Source: Paenirhodobacter sp.
GTDB lineage: Bacteria; Pseudomonadota; Alphaproteobacteria; Rhodobacterales; Rhodobacteraceae
NCBI RefSeq assembly: GCF_050177655.1
Contig: NZ_JBFXGV010000006.1
Location: forward strand, 4,467-68,466
Direction of reading: 5' to 3'
DNA length: 64,000 nucleotides
Below the pieces are notes generated by a model, which was not told where the DNA came from, made no database searches, and saw nothing but the letters and a program-made list of their open reading frames with translations. Shown here piece by piece: positions 48,097-57,483 of this stretch; position 1 is the stretch's first letter, and every line of letters starts with the position of its first letter. The translations under genes and the position numbers were made by a program.

Positions 48097-48549
48097 ATGA
48101 AGTTTGAACGAAAGCTGGCGCTGCTGCGGGATTCCCGCGGGGTCGTGCCGGTTCAATTCGCGGCATTGTGCACCCGCAAGAAGGCGGGAAAACGTGAGGT
48201 TCTCTTGATCACCTCGCGCGATACCGGACGCTGGGTTCTGCCCAAGGGCTGGCAGATGACCGACCGTTCGGGCGGCGAGACCGCGCTCACCGAGGCTTGG
48301 GAAGAGGCCGGGGTGATCGGCGCGCTGACCGGCCCGGCGATCGGCTGCTATCTTTACCCGAAGATGATCGCCCCGGGCCGCGTGCATACCTGCCGGGTCG
48401 AGGTGCATCCGGTGCGCGTCGACCGGCTCGAGGCGCGGTTTCCCGAACGTGGCCAGCGCCGGCGCAAATGGATGTCGGCGAAGAAGGCCGCGAAGGCGGT
48501 GCAGGAGCCCGAGCTTGCGGTGATGCTGCGCAACCTGCCGCGGACCTGA
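48097..48549 (+). CDS. NUDIX hydrolase
   Basis: PKGWQMTDRSGGETALTEAWEEAGV is Nudix-box-like. The protein is 150 aa from the ATG at 48097. Confidence 0.7.
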   Translation: MKFERKLALLRDSRGVVPVQFAALCTRKKAGKREVLLITSRDTGRWVLPKGWQMTDRSGGETALTEAWEEAGVIGALTGPAIGCYLYPKMIAPGRVHTCRVEVHPVRVDRLEARFPERGQRRRKWMSAKKAAKAVQEPELAVMLRNLPRT

Positions 48550-48620
48550 GCCACGGGCGGCGGTGCTTGCTTTTCCCGCCCCATGGCCTATGTCTGGGCG
48601 ATCCCACCGATGGCGCAACG

Positions 48621-49085
48621 ATGATCCGCTACACGCTCAAATGCGACCAGGACCATGTCTTCGAGAGCTGGTTCGCCTCGGCCGAGGCCTATGAGAAGCT
48701 GCGCGCCGCGGGGATGGTGAGCTGCACGCAGTGCGGCTCGACCCGGGTCGAGAAGGCGCTGATGGCGCCCGCCGTGCGCCCCGCGCGCAAGGCCGGCGCG
48801 GCGCCGGAGGCCGTGGACGCAGAGGCCCCGCCGTCCGGGGCGCCGCATCTTTCCGCGCCCGAGGGGGCGCTGGAGGAGGCGATCGCCGCGATGCGCCGGG
48901 CGGTGGAGGAGAACTCCGATTACGTCGGCGAGGATTTCGCACGCGAGGCGCGGGCGATGCATGCGGGCGAGGCGCCCGAGCGCGCGATCCATGGCGAGGC
49001 CAATCCGCAAGAGGCGCGCGCGCTGATCGAGGAGGGGGTGCCGGTCACCCCCCTGCCCTTCCCGAGCCGGCGCAAGACGAACTGA
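48621..49085 (+). CDS. DUF1178 family protein
   Basis: MIRYTLKCDQDHVFESWFASAEAYEKL...CTQCGS is the characteristic N-terminus. Confidence 0.7.
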   Translation: MIRYTLKCDQDHVFESWFASAEAYEKLRAAGMVSCTQCGSTRVEKALMAPAVRPARKAGAAPEAVDAEAPPSGAPHLSAPEGALEEAIAAMRRAVEENSDYVGEDFAREARAMHAGEAPERAIHGEANPQEARALIEEGVPVTPLPFPSRRKTN

Positions 49086-49164
49086 TCGCCCGACGGATCC
49101 CGTTGAAATCGCCCTTGAACTCGCCCGGCGCAGCGCCATCATGGCGGCGAGGCAAGGAGGGAAA

Positions 49165-49809
49165 ATGACCATTCTCATCACCGGCGCGAGCCGCGGCATC
49201 GGCGCGGCGCTTCTCGCGCATTACCGCCACACCAGCACCCCGGCCTTCGGCACCACGCGCCACGCCGAGGGCGACCTGATCCCCTATGACGTCACCGATG
49301 CGACGAGCGCGAAGGCGCTGGCGCGGCGGCTGAACGGGCTGCCGATCGACCTCCTCGTCTGCAATGCCGGGGTCTATGCCGACAAGGGGCAGGCGCTCGA
49401 ACAGGGCTATGCCCCCGCGCTTTGGGAGCGCAGTTTCGCCACCAATGTCACCGGCGTATTCCTGACGGTGCAGGCGCTTTTGCCGAACCTGCGCGCGGCG
49501 CAGGGGAAGATCGCGATCATCTCCTCGGCGATGGCCTCGGATGCGCGGGCGCCGGGCGGCAGCTATATCTACCGCGCCTCGAAGGCGGCGGCGCTGAACC
49601 TCGGGCGCAATCTGGCCGCCGATCTGAAACCCGAAGGGATCGCGGTGGGGATCTATCACCCGGGCTGGGTGAAGACGGAGATGGGCGGGCCGCAGGCGGA
49701 GATCACGCCGGCGCAATCGGTCGCGGGGCTGAGCGCACGCTTTGCCGCGCTCGACCTTGCCACCACCGGCTGTTTCGAGAGCTACGACGGCACCGCGATT
49801 CCGTTCTGA
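49165..49809 (+). CDS. SDR family oxidoreductase
   Basis: It has MTILITGASRGIG, NAGV and YRASKAA motifs. Confidence 0.8.
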   Translation: MTILITGASRGIGAALLAHYRHTSTPAFGTTRHAEGDLIPYDVTDATSAKALARRLNGLPIDLLVCNAGVYADKGQALEQGYAPALWERSFATNVTGVFLTVQALLPNLRAAQGKIAIISSAMASDARAPGGSYIYRASKAAALNLGRNLAADLKPEGIAVGIYHPGWVKTEMGGPQAEITPAQSVAGLSARFAALDLATTGCFESYDGTAIPF

Positions 49810-49850
49810 TGGCAGAGGGGGCGCTGCCCCCGCTGCTTGCGCAGCCCCCC

Positions 49851-49908
49851 GAGGTATTTCCGGCAAGATGAAGGGATGCGAGCGCTTTCATCTTGCCCGA
49901 AATACCTC
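49851..49908. repeat. REP-like intergenic hairpin element (variant arms)
   Basis: The sequence is GAGGTATTTCCGGCAAGATGAAG-(loop)-TTTCATCTTGCCCGAAATACCTC. It is flanked by C5 and G5 runs and lies between convergent genes. Confidence 0.75.
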
Positions 49909-49952
49909 GGGGGAGCCGGCCCTGGCCGGCGGGGGCGGAGCCCCCTCCCCGT

Positions 49953-51506
49953 TCAGAAATCGTGCCAGAGGCCGAGCGCGCCGAGCCGCGGCGATTTCTT
50001 GTTGTTATGCCGGTCCATCCGCACCAGCACGTCGCGCAGGAAGGTCACCGCCGCGCCGAGCTGCGCCCCCTTGTTCAGCATCACGCATTCGGCGCGCTGG
50101 CTCATCGCGGCATCGGTCATCTCGGCGCGGCTCGCCTGGCCGTCCTTGACCATGTTTTCCAGAACCTGCGTCGCCCAGACCACCGGCACCTCGGCCGCCT
50201 CGCAGAGCCAGAGGATCTCCTCCTGAATCTCGGAGAGCCGCTCGAAGCCGATCTCGACGGCAAGATCGCCGCGCGCGATCATCACGCCGACCGGCATCCG
50301 CCCGCCCGCCTCGACGATCAGCGCGGGCAGGTTGCGCAGCGCGAGCGGGGTCTCGATCTTGAGCATCAGCGAGGGGCCGGAGCGTTCGCCCACCGGCTCC
50401 GCCCGCGCCTCGAGCTCGGCGAAGAGGGCGCGCAGGTCGGCCCCGGTCTGCACGAAGGAAAAGCCGATGATATCGGCGTGGCCCAGCACGAAATCGAGAT
50501 GGCCGAGGTCTTCCTCGGTCAGCGCCGGCACCCGCAGATCGACGCCGGGCAGGTTCACGCCCTTCTCGACCTTGATCTTCGCGCCCTTGCTCGGCGTGCT
50601 GGTGATCTCGGCCAGAACCCGGCCCGGATGCGCCTCGAGGATCTTCGCGCGGATCTTGCCGTCGTTGATCCAGAGCGCGCCGTCGACCTCCAGCGCGGCG
50701 ATCAGCGCCGGATGGCTGAGCGTGATCTGCGGCAGCTCGGCTTTCGCCGAGAGCACGTCGACCACCTCGAACCTGTCCCCCTCGAAGAGGCGGCCGGTCT
50801 CGCCCGGGTCGGTCTTTTCCTTCTTCGCGGCCTTGCCGGGGGCGACCTCCTCGACCCGCAGCTTCGGCCCGGGCAGATCCATCTGCACCGGCACGCGCCG
50901 CCCGGCCTCGGCCGCGGCGCGGCGCACATGGCCAATCATCGCCGACCAGGCATCGGGGCCGTCATGGGCGCAGTTGATGCGCATGCAATCGGCGCCCTCG
51001 GCGATCAGCCCGGCGACAAGCTCGGCGCTGGTCGCCGCCTCGGAGGGCAGCGTGACCATGATCCGCGTGTTCGGATGGCCCCGGCGCGCGCCGAAAAGCG
51101 CATCGCGCCGCGCCGCGAGCCGTGCGGGACCGGCGGCGAAGATCTCGACCGGCGGATATTCCGCCACGCCCTCGCCGCCAATGAGCGCGAGCGAGGCGAG
51201 CACCGCGTCGAGCGAGGGGCGCACATGGCTTTCGGCGCGCCCGAGTGAGCTCAGCCCGAGCGAGGCGAGCGGCGCCTGGAACGGCACCAGATCGCCCCGG
51301 CGCAGCGCCAGATAATCGGCGAGATTGCGCGCCGAGGGCATGAATTCGGGGCGCCGGATCAGCTCGTCCCAGCCCTCGAGCGTTTCCCCCGCACGCCGCG
51401 CCATATCCGCGCGCAGCACCTCGAGCGCGCGAAACAGCCCCCGCGCCTGCGCCCGCCGCTCCCGTGCCTCGACCTCAGCCAGACTCATCTTCCCCTCCGC
51501 AACCAT
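49953..51506 (-). CDS. pyruvate kinase-family protein with atypical N-terminal extension
   Basis: The PK barrel motifs are present: RIMVTLPSEA, MRINCAHD, MDLPGPKLR, MIARGDLAVE, VVWATQVLENM. About 130 aa of helical sequence precede them. No canonical C-terminal regulatory domain is obvious. Confidence 0.7.
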   Translation of the reverse strand: MVAEGKMSLAEVEARERRAQARGLFRALEVLRADMARRAGETLEGWDELIRRPEFMPSARNLADYLALRRGDLVPFQAPLASLGLSSLGRAESHVRPSLDAVLASLALIGGEGVAEYPPVEIFAAGPARLAARRDALFGARRGHPNTRIMVTLPSEAATSAELVAGLIAEGADCMRINCAHDGPDAWSAMIGHVRRAAAEAGRRVPVQMDLPGPKLRVEEVAPGKAAKKEKTDPGETGRLFEGDRFEVVDVLSAKAELPQITLSHPALIAALEVDGALWINDGKIRAKILEAHPGRVLAEITSTPSKGAKIKVEKGVNLPGVDLRVPALTEEDLGHLDFVLGHADIIGFSFVQTGADLRALFAELEARAEPVGERSGPSLMLKIETPLALRNLPALIVEAGGRMPVGVMIARGDLAVEIGFERLSEIQEEILWLCEAAEVPVVWATQVLENMVKDGQASRAEMTDAAMSQRAECVMLNKGAQLGAAVTFLRDVLVRMDRHNNKKSPRLGALGLWHDF

Positions 51507-51732
51507 GACGCGAACGGGCTACTCCGCCTGCGTGACAGTCGCATGACGATCGCACGACGTCCCCGTCACGGCGAGAACAAGCTTTCGCGGCGGGCAAAAG
51601 GGCGCCGGAACGGGCGCCAGGACCGCCGATCGCGCGATTGCGACGCAGCCGCACTCTTGCAAGCGTCGCCCCCTTCCGCTAGCAGGGGCGCACCGTCCGG
51701 ACAGGGGGTCCGGCGCGACTTTGGAGGGGAAT

Positions 51733-52995
51733 ATGCCGCTTCTCGTCATGAAATTCGGCGGCACCTCGGTGGCCGACCTCGACCGCATCGCCAATGCGGC
51801 CGCGAAGGTCAAACGCGAGGTCGAGCGCGGCTATGACGTCATCGTGATCGTCTCGGCGATGTCGGGCAAGACCAACGAGCTCGTCGGCTGGGTCGAACAG
51901 ACTTCCCCCCTCTATGACGCGCGCGAATATGACGCCGTCGTGTCCTCGGGCGAGAACGTGACCGCCGGGCTGATGGCGCTGCGCCTGCAGGAGATGGGCG
52001 TGCCGGCGCGCAGCTGGCAGGGCTGGCAGGTGCCGATCAACACCACCTCGGCGCATAGCGCGGCGCGTTTCGTCTCGATCCCGCGCGACAATATCGACGC
52101 GAAATTCTCCGAAGGGATGAAGGTCGCGGTCGTCGCCGGCTTCCAGGGGCTGTCGCCCGAGGGCCGGATCACCACGCTCGGCCGCGGCGGCTCGGACACG
52201 ACCGCGGTGGCTTTCGCCGCCGCCTTCGGTGCGGAGCGTTGCGACATCTATACCGACGTCGACGGCGTCTATACCACCGATCCGCGGATCTCGTCGAAGG
52301 CGCGCAAGCTCGACAAGATCGCCTTCGAGGAAATGCTCGAACTCGCGAGCCTCGGCGCCAAGGTGCTGCAGACGCGTTCCGTGGAACTGGCGATGCGCTA
52401 CAATGTGCGCCTGCGGGTGCTGTCCTCCTTCGAGGATACCGACGAAAATTCTGGAACCCTTGTCTGCGGTGAGGAAGAAATCATGGAATCGAAAGTCGTC
52501 TCCGGCGTCGCCTATTCGCGCGACGAAGCCAAGATCACCCTCTTCACCATCGAGGACCGCCCCGGCGTCGCGCAGGCGATCTTCGGGCCGCTTTCCGAGG
52601 CGGGCGTAAACGTCGACATGATCGTGCAGAACATCTCGGAGAAGGACTATGACGAGCGTCACCCGGGCGCCGTCACCGACATGACCTTCTCCTGCCCGAT
52701 CAATCAGGTCGCCCGCGCGCAAAAGGCGCTCGAGGAAGCGAAGGCCGAGGGCAAGATCCGCTATGACGAGCTGATCATCGACACCGACGTCGCCAAGGTC
52801 TCGGTCGTCGGCATCGGCATGCGTTCGCACGCCGGCGTCGCCGCGCGCATGTTTGAATCGCTCGCCGCGGAAAACATCAACATCAAGGTCATCGCGACTT
52901 CCGAGATCAAGATTTCGGTCCTGATCGACCGGAAATATATGGAACTGGCCGTGCAGGCCCTCCATGATGCATTCGAGCTGGAGAAAACGGCCTGA
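51733..52995 (+). CDS. lysC: aspartate kinase
   Basis: It contains MPLLVMKFGGTSVAD and TLGRGGSDTTAVA. The C-terminal half has ACT repeats. Confidence 0.95.
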   Translation: MPLLVMKFGGTSVADLDRIANAAAKVKREVERGYDVIVIVSAMSGKTNELVGWVEQTSPLYDAREYDAVVSSGENVTAGLMALRLQEMGVPARSWQGWQVPINTTSAHSAARFVSIPRDNIDAKFSEGMKVAVVAGFQGLSPEGRITTLGRGGSDTTAVAFAAAFGAERCDIYTDVDGVYTTDPRISSKARKLDKIAFEEMLELASLGAKVLQTRSVELAMRYNVRLRVLSSFEDTDENSGTLVCGEEEIMESKVVSGVAYSRDEAKITLFTIEDRPGVAQAIFGPLSEAGVNVDMIVQNISEKDYDERHPGAVTDMTFSCPINQVARAQKALEEAKAEGKIRYDELIIDTDVAKVSVVGIGMRSHAGVAARMFESLAAENINIKVIATSEIKISVLIDRKYMELAVQALHDAFELEKTA

Positions 52996-53042
52996 GCTGA
53001 ACGGGATCAGGCCCTTGTCAGGAGTCGGGGGCAGTTAGGGCC

Positions 53043-55283
53043 ATGGTCGATCGCAGCGAAAGCGACAGTCGCACCCTGTTGCGACGCCTGCGCGACACGC
53101 TTGCCACGGGCGGCGGCGCGCAGGACCGGCTCGACCGGATCACGGCGCTGATCGCCGATTCGATGCGCACCCATGTGTGCTCGATCTACCTCTTCCGCGA
53201 CCCCGAGACGCTCGAACTTTGCGCGACCGAGGGCCTCAACCGCGAGGCCGTGCACCAGACGCGGATGCGGCTGGGCGAGGGTCTCGTCGGCCGCGTCGCG
53301 CGTTCGGGCCAGCCGGTGAACACCGGCAACGCCCCCTCCGAACCCGGCTTCCGCTACATGCCCGAGACCGGCGAAGAGATCTATTCGAGCTTCCTCGGCG
53401 TGCCGATCCAGCGCGTGGGCGAAAGGCTCGGCGTGCTGGTCGTGCAGTCGCGCGAGGCGCGGGAATTCTCCGACGACGAGCTTTACGGGCTCGAGGTCGT
53501 GGCCATGGTGCTGGCCGAAATGACCGAGCTTGGCGCCTTCACCGGCGAGCAGAACGGCATCGGCGCGACGCATCGCTTTCCGGTCATGTTCCGTGGCGCC
53601 ACCGGGCAGGAAGGCGCGGCGGAGGGCCATGTCTGGCTGCACGAGCCGCGGGTGGTGGTGACGAACCCGGTCGGCGACGATCCGGAGGCGGAGAAGGCGC
53701 GGCTGGAACAGGCGGTCTCCTCGCTGCAGGCGCAGATCGACGACATGCTGATCGGCGCCGCGCAGATGGACAAGGAGCAGCGGCAGGTTCTCGAGGCCTA
53801 CAAGATGCTCGCGCATTCGCGCGGCTGGGTGCGGCGGATGGGCGAGGACATCGCGCTTGGCCTTTCGGCCGAGGCGGCGGTGGAAAAGGAACAGTCGACC
53901 GCGCGGGCGCGGCTCGAGCTGTCGACCGACCCCTATCTGCGCGAGCGGCTGCACGATCTCGACGACCTCTCGAACCGGCTGTTGCGGCTGCTTACCGGGC
54001 AGGGCAGCGACACCGGGGCGGAGCTGCCGCTCAACCCGGTGCTGGTGGCGCGCAACATCGGGCCCGCCGAGCTCCTCGATTACGGGCGCAAGCTGAAGGG
54101 CGTGGTGCTCGAGGAGGGTTCGGTCGGCTCGCATGCGGCGATCGTCGCGCGGGCGCTGGCGATTCCGCTGGTGATCCATGCCACGCGGATCACGATGGAG
54201 GCGCTGAACGGCGATCAGATCCTCGTCGACGGCGATCAGGGCTTCGTGCATCTGCGCCCCGAGGAAACGGTCGCGGCGGCCTTCCGCGACAAGATCGCGA
54301 TGCAGGCGGTGGCGCAGAAGCGCTATGCCGATCTGCGCGAGCTGCCGGCGACGGATCTCTCCGGGCAGACGATCTCGCTGATGATGAATGCCGGGCTGAT
54401 GGCGGATCTGCCCTCGCTGCAGGGGTCGGGCGCCGATGGCGTCGGCCTCTTCCGCACCGAGCTGCAGTTCCTGATCCGCACCCGGGTGCCGCGGCGCTCG
54501 GAGCTCGCCGCGCTTTACAAGCGGGTGATGGATGCCGCGGGCGAAAAGCGCGTGCAGTTCCGCACCCTCGACATCGGCTCCGACAAGGTGCTGCCCTATA
54601 TGAAGCCGCAGGACGAGCCGAACCCGGCGATGGGCTGGCGCGCGATCCGCGTCGGGCTCGACAAGCCGGGCGTGCTGCGGATGCAGTTGCAGGCGCTCCT
54701 GCGCGGCGCCGAGGGGCGGCCGCTGTCGGTGATGTTCCCCTTCATCGCCACCCCCGACGAGTTCCACGCGGCGAAGGCCTCGCTTTTGCACGAGCGCGAC
54801 CGAGAGGCCTCGCTTGGCCGGCCGGTGCCCTCCGAGCTGAAGATCGGCGCGATGCTGGAGACGCCGAGCCTCGGCTTTGCGCCCGACAGCTTCTTCGAGG
54901 CCTGCGATTTCATCTCGATCGGCGGCAACGACCTGAAGCAGTTCTTCTTCGCCGCCGACCGCGAGAATGAGCGCGTGCGGCGCCGCTACGACACGCTCGA
55001 CACCGCGTTTCTGACCTTCCTCGAGCGGATCATCGCGCGCTGCGAGGTGAACCACACCGCGCTGAGCTTCTGCGGCGAGGATGCCGGCCGCCCGATCGAG
55101 GCGCTGACCTTCGCCGCGCTCGGCATCCGTTCGCTGAGCATGCGCCCCGCCTCGATCGGCCCGGTGAAACACCTGATCCGCCGCGCCAATCTCGACGATC
55201 TGCGCCACCTCATCCTCGAGGCGCGCAAGCAGGGCGCACAAAGCGTGCGCCCGGTGGTGACGCATTACCTCGCCGGGCTCTGA
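53043..55283 (+). CDS. ptsP: phosphoenolpyruvate--protein phosphotransferase, nitrogen PTS (GAF plus enzyme I)
   Basis: The 746-aa protein has an N-terminal GAF domain (VCSIYLFRD...GLVGRVA) and GSVGSHAAIVARALAIP (active His). The C-terminus contains SIGGNDL. Confidence 0.95.
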   Translation: MVDRSESDSRTLLRRLRDTLATGGGAQDRLDRITALIADSMRTHVCSIYLFRDPETLELCATEGLNREAVHQTRMRLGEGLVGRVARSGQPVNTGNAPSEPGFRYMPETGEEIYSSFLGVPIQRVGERLGVLVVQSREAREFSDDELYGLEVVAMVLAEMTELGAFTGEQNGIGATHRFPVMFRGATGQEGAAEGHVWLHEPRVVVTNPVGDDPEAEKARLEQAVSSLQAQIDDMLIGAAQMDKEQRQVLEAYKMLAHSRGWVRRMGEDIALGLSAEAAVEKEQSTARARLELSTDPYLRERLHDLDDLSNRLLRLLTGQGSDTGAELPLNPVLVARNIGPAELLDYGRKLKGVVLEEGSVGSHAAIVARALAIPLVIHATRITMEALNGDQILVDGDQGFVHLRPEETVAAAFRDKIAMQAVAQKRYADLRELPATDLSGQTISLMMNAGLMADLPSLQGSGADGVGLFRTELQFLIRTRVPRRSELAALYKRVMDAAGEKRVQFRTLDIGSDKVLPYMKPQDEPNPAMGWRAIRVGLDKPGVLRMQLQALLRGAEGRPLSVMFPFIATPDEFHAAKASLLHERDREASLGRPVPSELKIGAMLETPSLGFAPDSFFEACDFISIGGNDLKQFFFAADRENERVRRRYDTLDTAFLTFLERIIARCEVNHTALSFCGEDAGRPIEALTFAALGIRSLSMRPASIGPVKHLIRRANLDDLRHLILEARKQGAQSVRPVVTHYLAGL

Positions 55284-55316
55284 CCCACCGACCGCGCGCG
55301 GGTGGCGGGGGCAGAT

Positions 55317-55369
55317 GAGTATTTGGGCCAAGAAGAAATCCCTGCGTCTTCTTCTTGGTTAAAATACTC
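55317..55369. repeat. REP-like intergenic hairpin element
   Basis: The sequence is GAGTATTTGGGCCAAGAAGAA-atccctgcgt-CTTCTTCTTGGTTAAAATACTC, followed by a CCGCCGGAGGC tail. It lies between convergent genes. Confidence 0.85.
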
Positions 55370-55387
55370 CCGCCGGAGGCGGAAAAC

Positions 55388-56149
55388 TCACTTTTTCCGG
55401 GTGATCCGCGCGACCAGTTCCTCGCGTAGGAGGCCCTCGTCCTCGCCGCTCTCGCGAGCGAGGCGTTTCAACCCGAAATGCACCCGCGCGATCTCCTGAT
55501 AATAGCTGGTGAAGGCGTAGTTCACCGCGGCGCCCGCCACCGCGCCCAGCACCGGCGCGGTCTGCGCGGCGAGCTTCTGGCCGAGCACGGCGGAAAGCCG
55601 CGGCGCCACGCGCGCGATCAGGTTCGACAGGCCCGAGCCGGTGATCGTGACCTTGGCGGTGACGAAGCCCATGTCGGAACCGTCGTCCTTCGCCAGCGGC
55701 CCGGCGGAGGCGAAGACGCGCAGGCATTCGATCCGCACCTCCTCCGAGGCCGGATCGAAGCCGTGCTCCGCCGCGATGCCCTGGATCGCGCGCAAAAGCA
55801 TCGTCACCGTGAGCGGCAGTTCCGCCAGCGCCCCGGGCAGACCGCCGAAGCCCCCCGCCGCGCCCATCGCGGTGGTGAGCAGCTTGTTCACCCAGTCGGG
55901 CCGGTCGGCGACCACGCCGCGCGAGCGCGCCGCCGCCCCCATCGCGGTATCGAGCGCGCGTTCGGTCGCGCCTTCGAGCCCGTCGCGCACCGGCTGCGGC
56001 AGTTTCGCGAGCAGCCCCTCGGCGGAACCGCCGACGAAATTCAGCACCTGCATCACCGGCCCCGCGGCCGCGCGATGGCGTTTCGCCAGCGCGTCGAGTT
56101 CGGAGACGACCGTCGGATCGGTCACGGGCAACAGGATCTCGGGGGTCAT
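55388..56149 (-). CDS. EcsC family protein
   Basis: The 253-aa protein has a GAAGGFGGLPGALAELPLTVTMLLRAIQGIA pattern and an overall layout typical of EcsC. Confidence 0.65.
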   Translation of the reverse strand: MTPEILLPVTDPTVVSELDALAKRHRAAAGPVMQVLNFVGGSAEGLLAKLPQPVRDGLEGATERALDTAMGAAARSRGVVADRPDWVNKLLTTAMGAAGGFGGLPGALAELPLTVTMLLRAIQGIAAEHGFDPASEEVRIECLRVFASAGPLAKDDGSDMGFVTAKVTITGSGLSNLIARVAPRLSAVLGQKLAAQTAPVLGAVAGAAVNYAFTSYYQEIARVHFGLKRLARESGEDEGLLREELVARITRKK

Positions 56150-56213
56150 GGCATCCTCGCGACGGGGGTATCCCGCCCTGCGAATATGGGCCGGCGCCCC
56201 GGTGCGCACCAGA

Positions 56214-56699
56214 TCAGGCGGTGAACTTTTCGACGCGCCCGCGCACGCCGTCCCAGGCGCCCGGCTGCAGTTCGAGCGCGAGGATGCGGTCGGGGTTCGT
56301 CGGCGGCGGCATCTCGACACCCTCGATCTTTTCGAAACCGAAGCGGTTGTAATAGGGCGCGTCGCCGACGAGCAGCACCCGCTCCCAGCCGAGGCGGCGC
56401 GCCTCGGCGAGGCTTTCGTGCATCAGAAGGCCGCCGAGCCCTTCGCCCTGGCGCGTCGGGTGCACCGCGACCGGGCCCAGAAGCAGCACGCGCTGCCCGC
56501 CGACCTTCACCGGCCAGTAGCGGATCACCGCGGCAAGCACCCCGTCCTCGCGCAGGGTGAGGCAGAGCGGATGGACCTTTTCCACCCCGTCGCGTAGCCG
56601 GTAGGACGACAGCGCCGTGCGCCCGGGCGCGAAGCAGAGGTCATAAAGCGCCTCCACTTCCCACCAGTCGGCCTCGGTCTCTTCCTCGAGCTGATACAT
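56214..56699 (-). CDS. GNAT family N-acetyltransferase
   Basis: VAVHPTRQGEGLGGLLM is the acetyl-CoA-binding Q/RxxGxG motif. The protein is 161 aa from the ATG at 56699. Confidence 0.75.
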   Translation of the reverse strand: MYQLEEETEADWWEVEALYDLCFAPGRTALSSYRLRDGVEKVHPLCLTLREDGVLAAVIRYWPVKVGGQRVLLLGPVAVHPTRQGEGLGGLLMHESLAEARRLGWERVLLVGDAPYYNRFGFEKIEGVEMPPPTNPDRILALELQPGAWDGVRGRVEKFTA

Positions 56700-56769
56700 G
56701 CCGCCCCCGAATCCCTCGCATGACGCGCCTAACACGCGCTAATGTCAGGTTCAAATCAAAGGAGTAGCG

Positions 56770-57369
56770 ATGTTCTACCGCCCCGGAGACGGCCATGGCC
56801 TGCCGCATAACCCGTTCAACGCGATCGTGGCGCCGCGCCCGATCGGCTGGATCTCGACGCGGGGCACGCTGGGGGACAACCTCGCGCCCTATTCCTTCTT
56901 CAACGCGGTGGCCTATGTGCCGCCGCAGGTGGTCTTTGCCTCGACCTCGGCGAAGCCCGATCGCGGCGACACCAAGGACAGCTGCGCCCAGATCCGCGAA
57001 AGCGGAGTGTTCTGCGTCAATCTCGTCACCTCGGCGCTGATTGACGCGATGAACGCCTCCTCGGCGCCGCTCGCCGCGGGGGAGGACGAATTCGCCCATG
57101 CGGGCCTCGAAAAGGCGGACTGCATCACGATCGACTGCCCACGGGTGGCGGCGGCGCCGGCGAGCCTCGAATGCCGGCTGGTGCAGGTGATCCCGCTGCT
57201 CGGCCGTTCGAATTTCCTGATCCATGGCGAGGTGACCGGGGTGCATATCCGCCCCGATTGCCTGCGTGAGGGCCGCTACCTGCCGCCCGACCGGCTCAGC
57301 CGGCTGGGCTATAAGGATTACGCCGCCGTCTCGGAGACCTTCGAACTCGATCGCCCCCCGGGCGGCTGA
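56770..57369 (+). CDS. flavin reductase family protein
   Basis: The 199-aa protein contains VAPRPIGWISTR...NLAPYSFFN, typical of the flavin reductase-like FMN-binding fold. Confidence 0.8.
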   Translation: MFYRPGDGHGLPHNPFNAIVAPRPIGWISTRGTLGDNLAPYSFFNAVAYVPPQVVFASTSAKPDRGDTKDSCAQIRESGVFCVNLVTSALIDAMNASSAPLAAGEDEFAHAGLEKADCITIDCPRVAAAPASLECRLVQVIPLLGRSNFLIHGEVTGVHIRPDCLREGRYLPPDRLSRLGYKDYAAVSETFELDRPPGG

Positions 57370-57401
57370 GGAGGGGGCCCCGCCCCCGCTGCGCTCCCCC
57401 G

Positions 57402-57449
57402 GGATATTTGAGCTCTGTAGAAACCCGTTTCCAAAGTGGCCAAATATCC
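57402..57449. repeat. degenerate REP-like hairpin element
   Basis: GGATATTTG...CAAATATCC termini are flanked by a C5 run on the left and a G6 run on the right (57396-57456). The internal arms are poorly paired. Confidence 0.5.
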
Positions 57450-57483
57450 CGGGGGGAGGCCGAAGGCCGGGGGGCAGCGCCCC

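Noticed and set aside
51507-51732. The 226-nt lysC leader might hold a lysine riboswitch.
   Set aside because: No L-box-like conserved helices are recognisable by eye. This element is not expected upstream of alphaproteobacterial lysC. A covariance-model scan would be needed to be sure.
13034-57449. The dispersed hairpin repeats might be a CRISPR array or transposon ends.
   Set aside because: The copies are kilobases apart in separate intergenic regions, not in a repeat-spacer array. No cas or transposase genes are present. The target-site duplications I looked for at the element edges were not evident.
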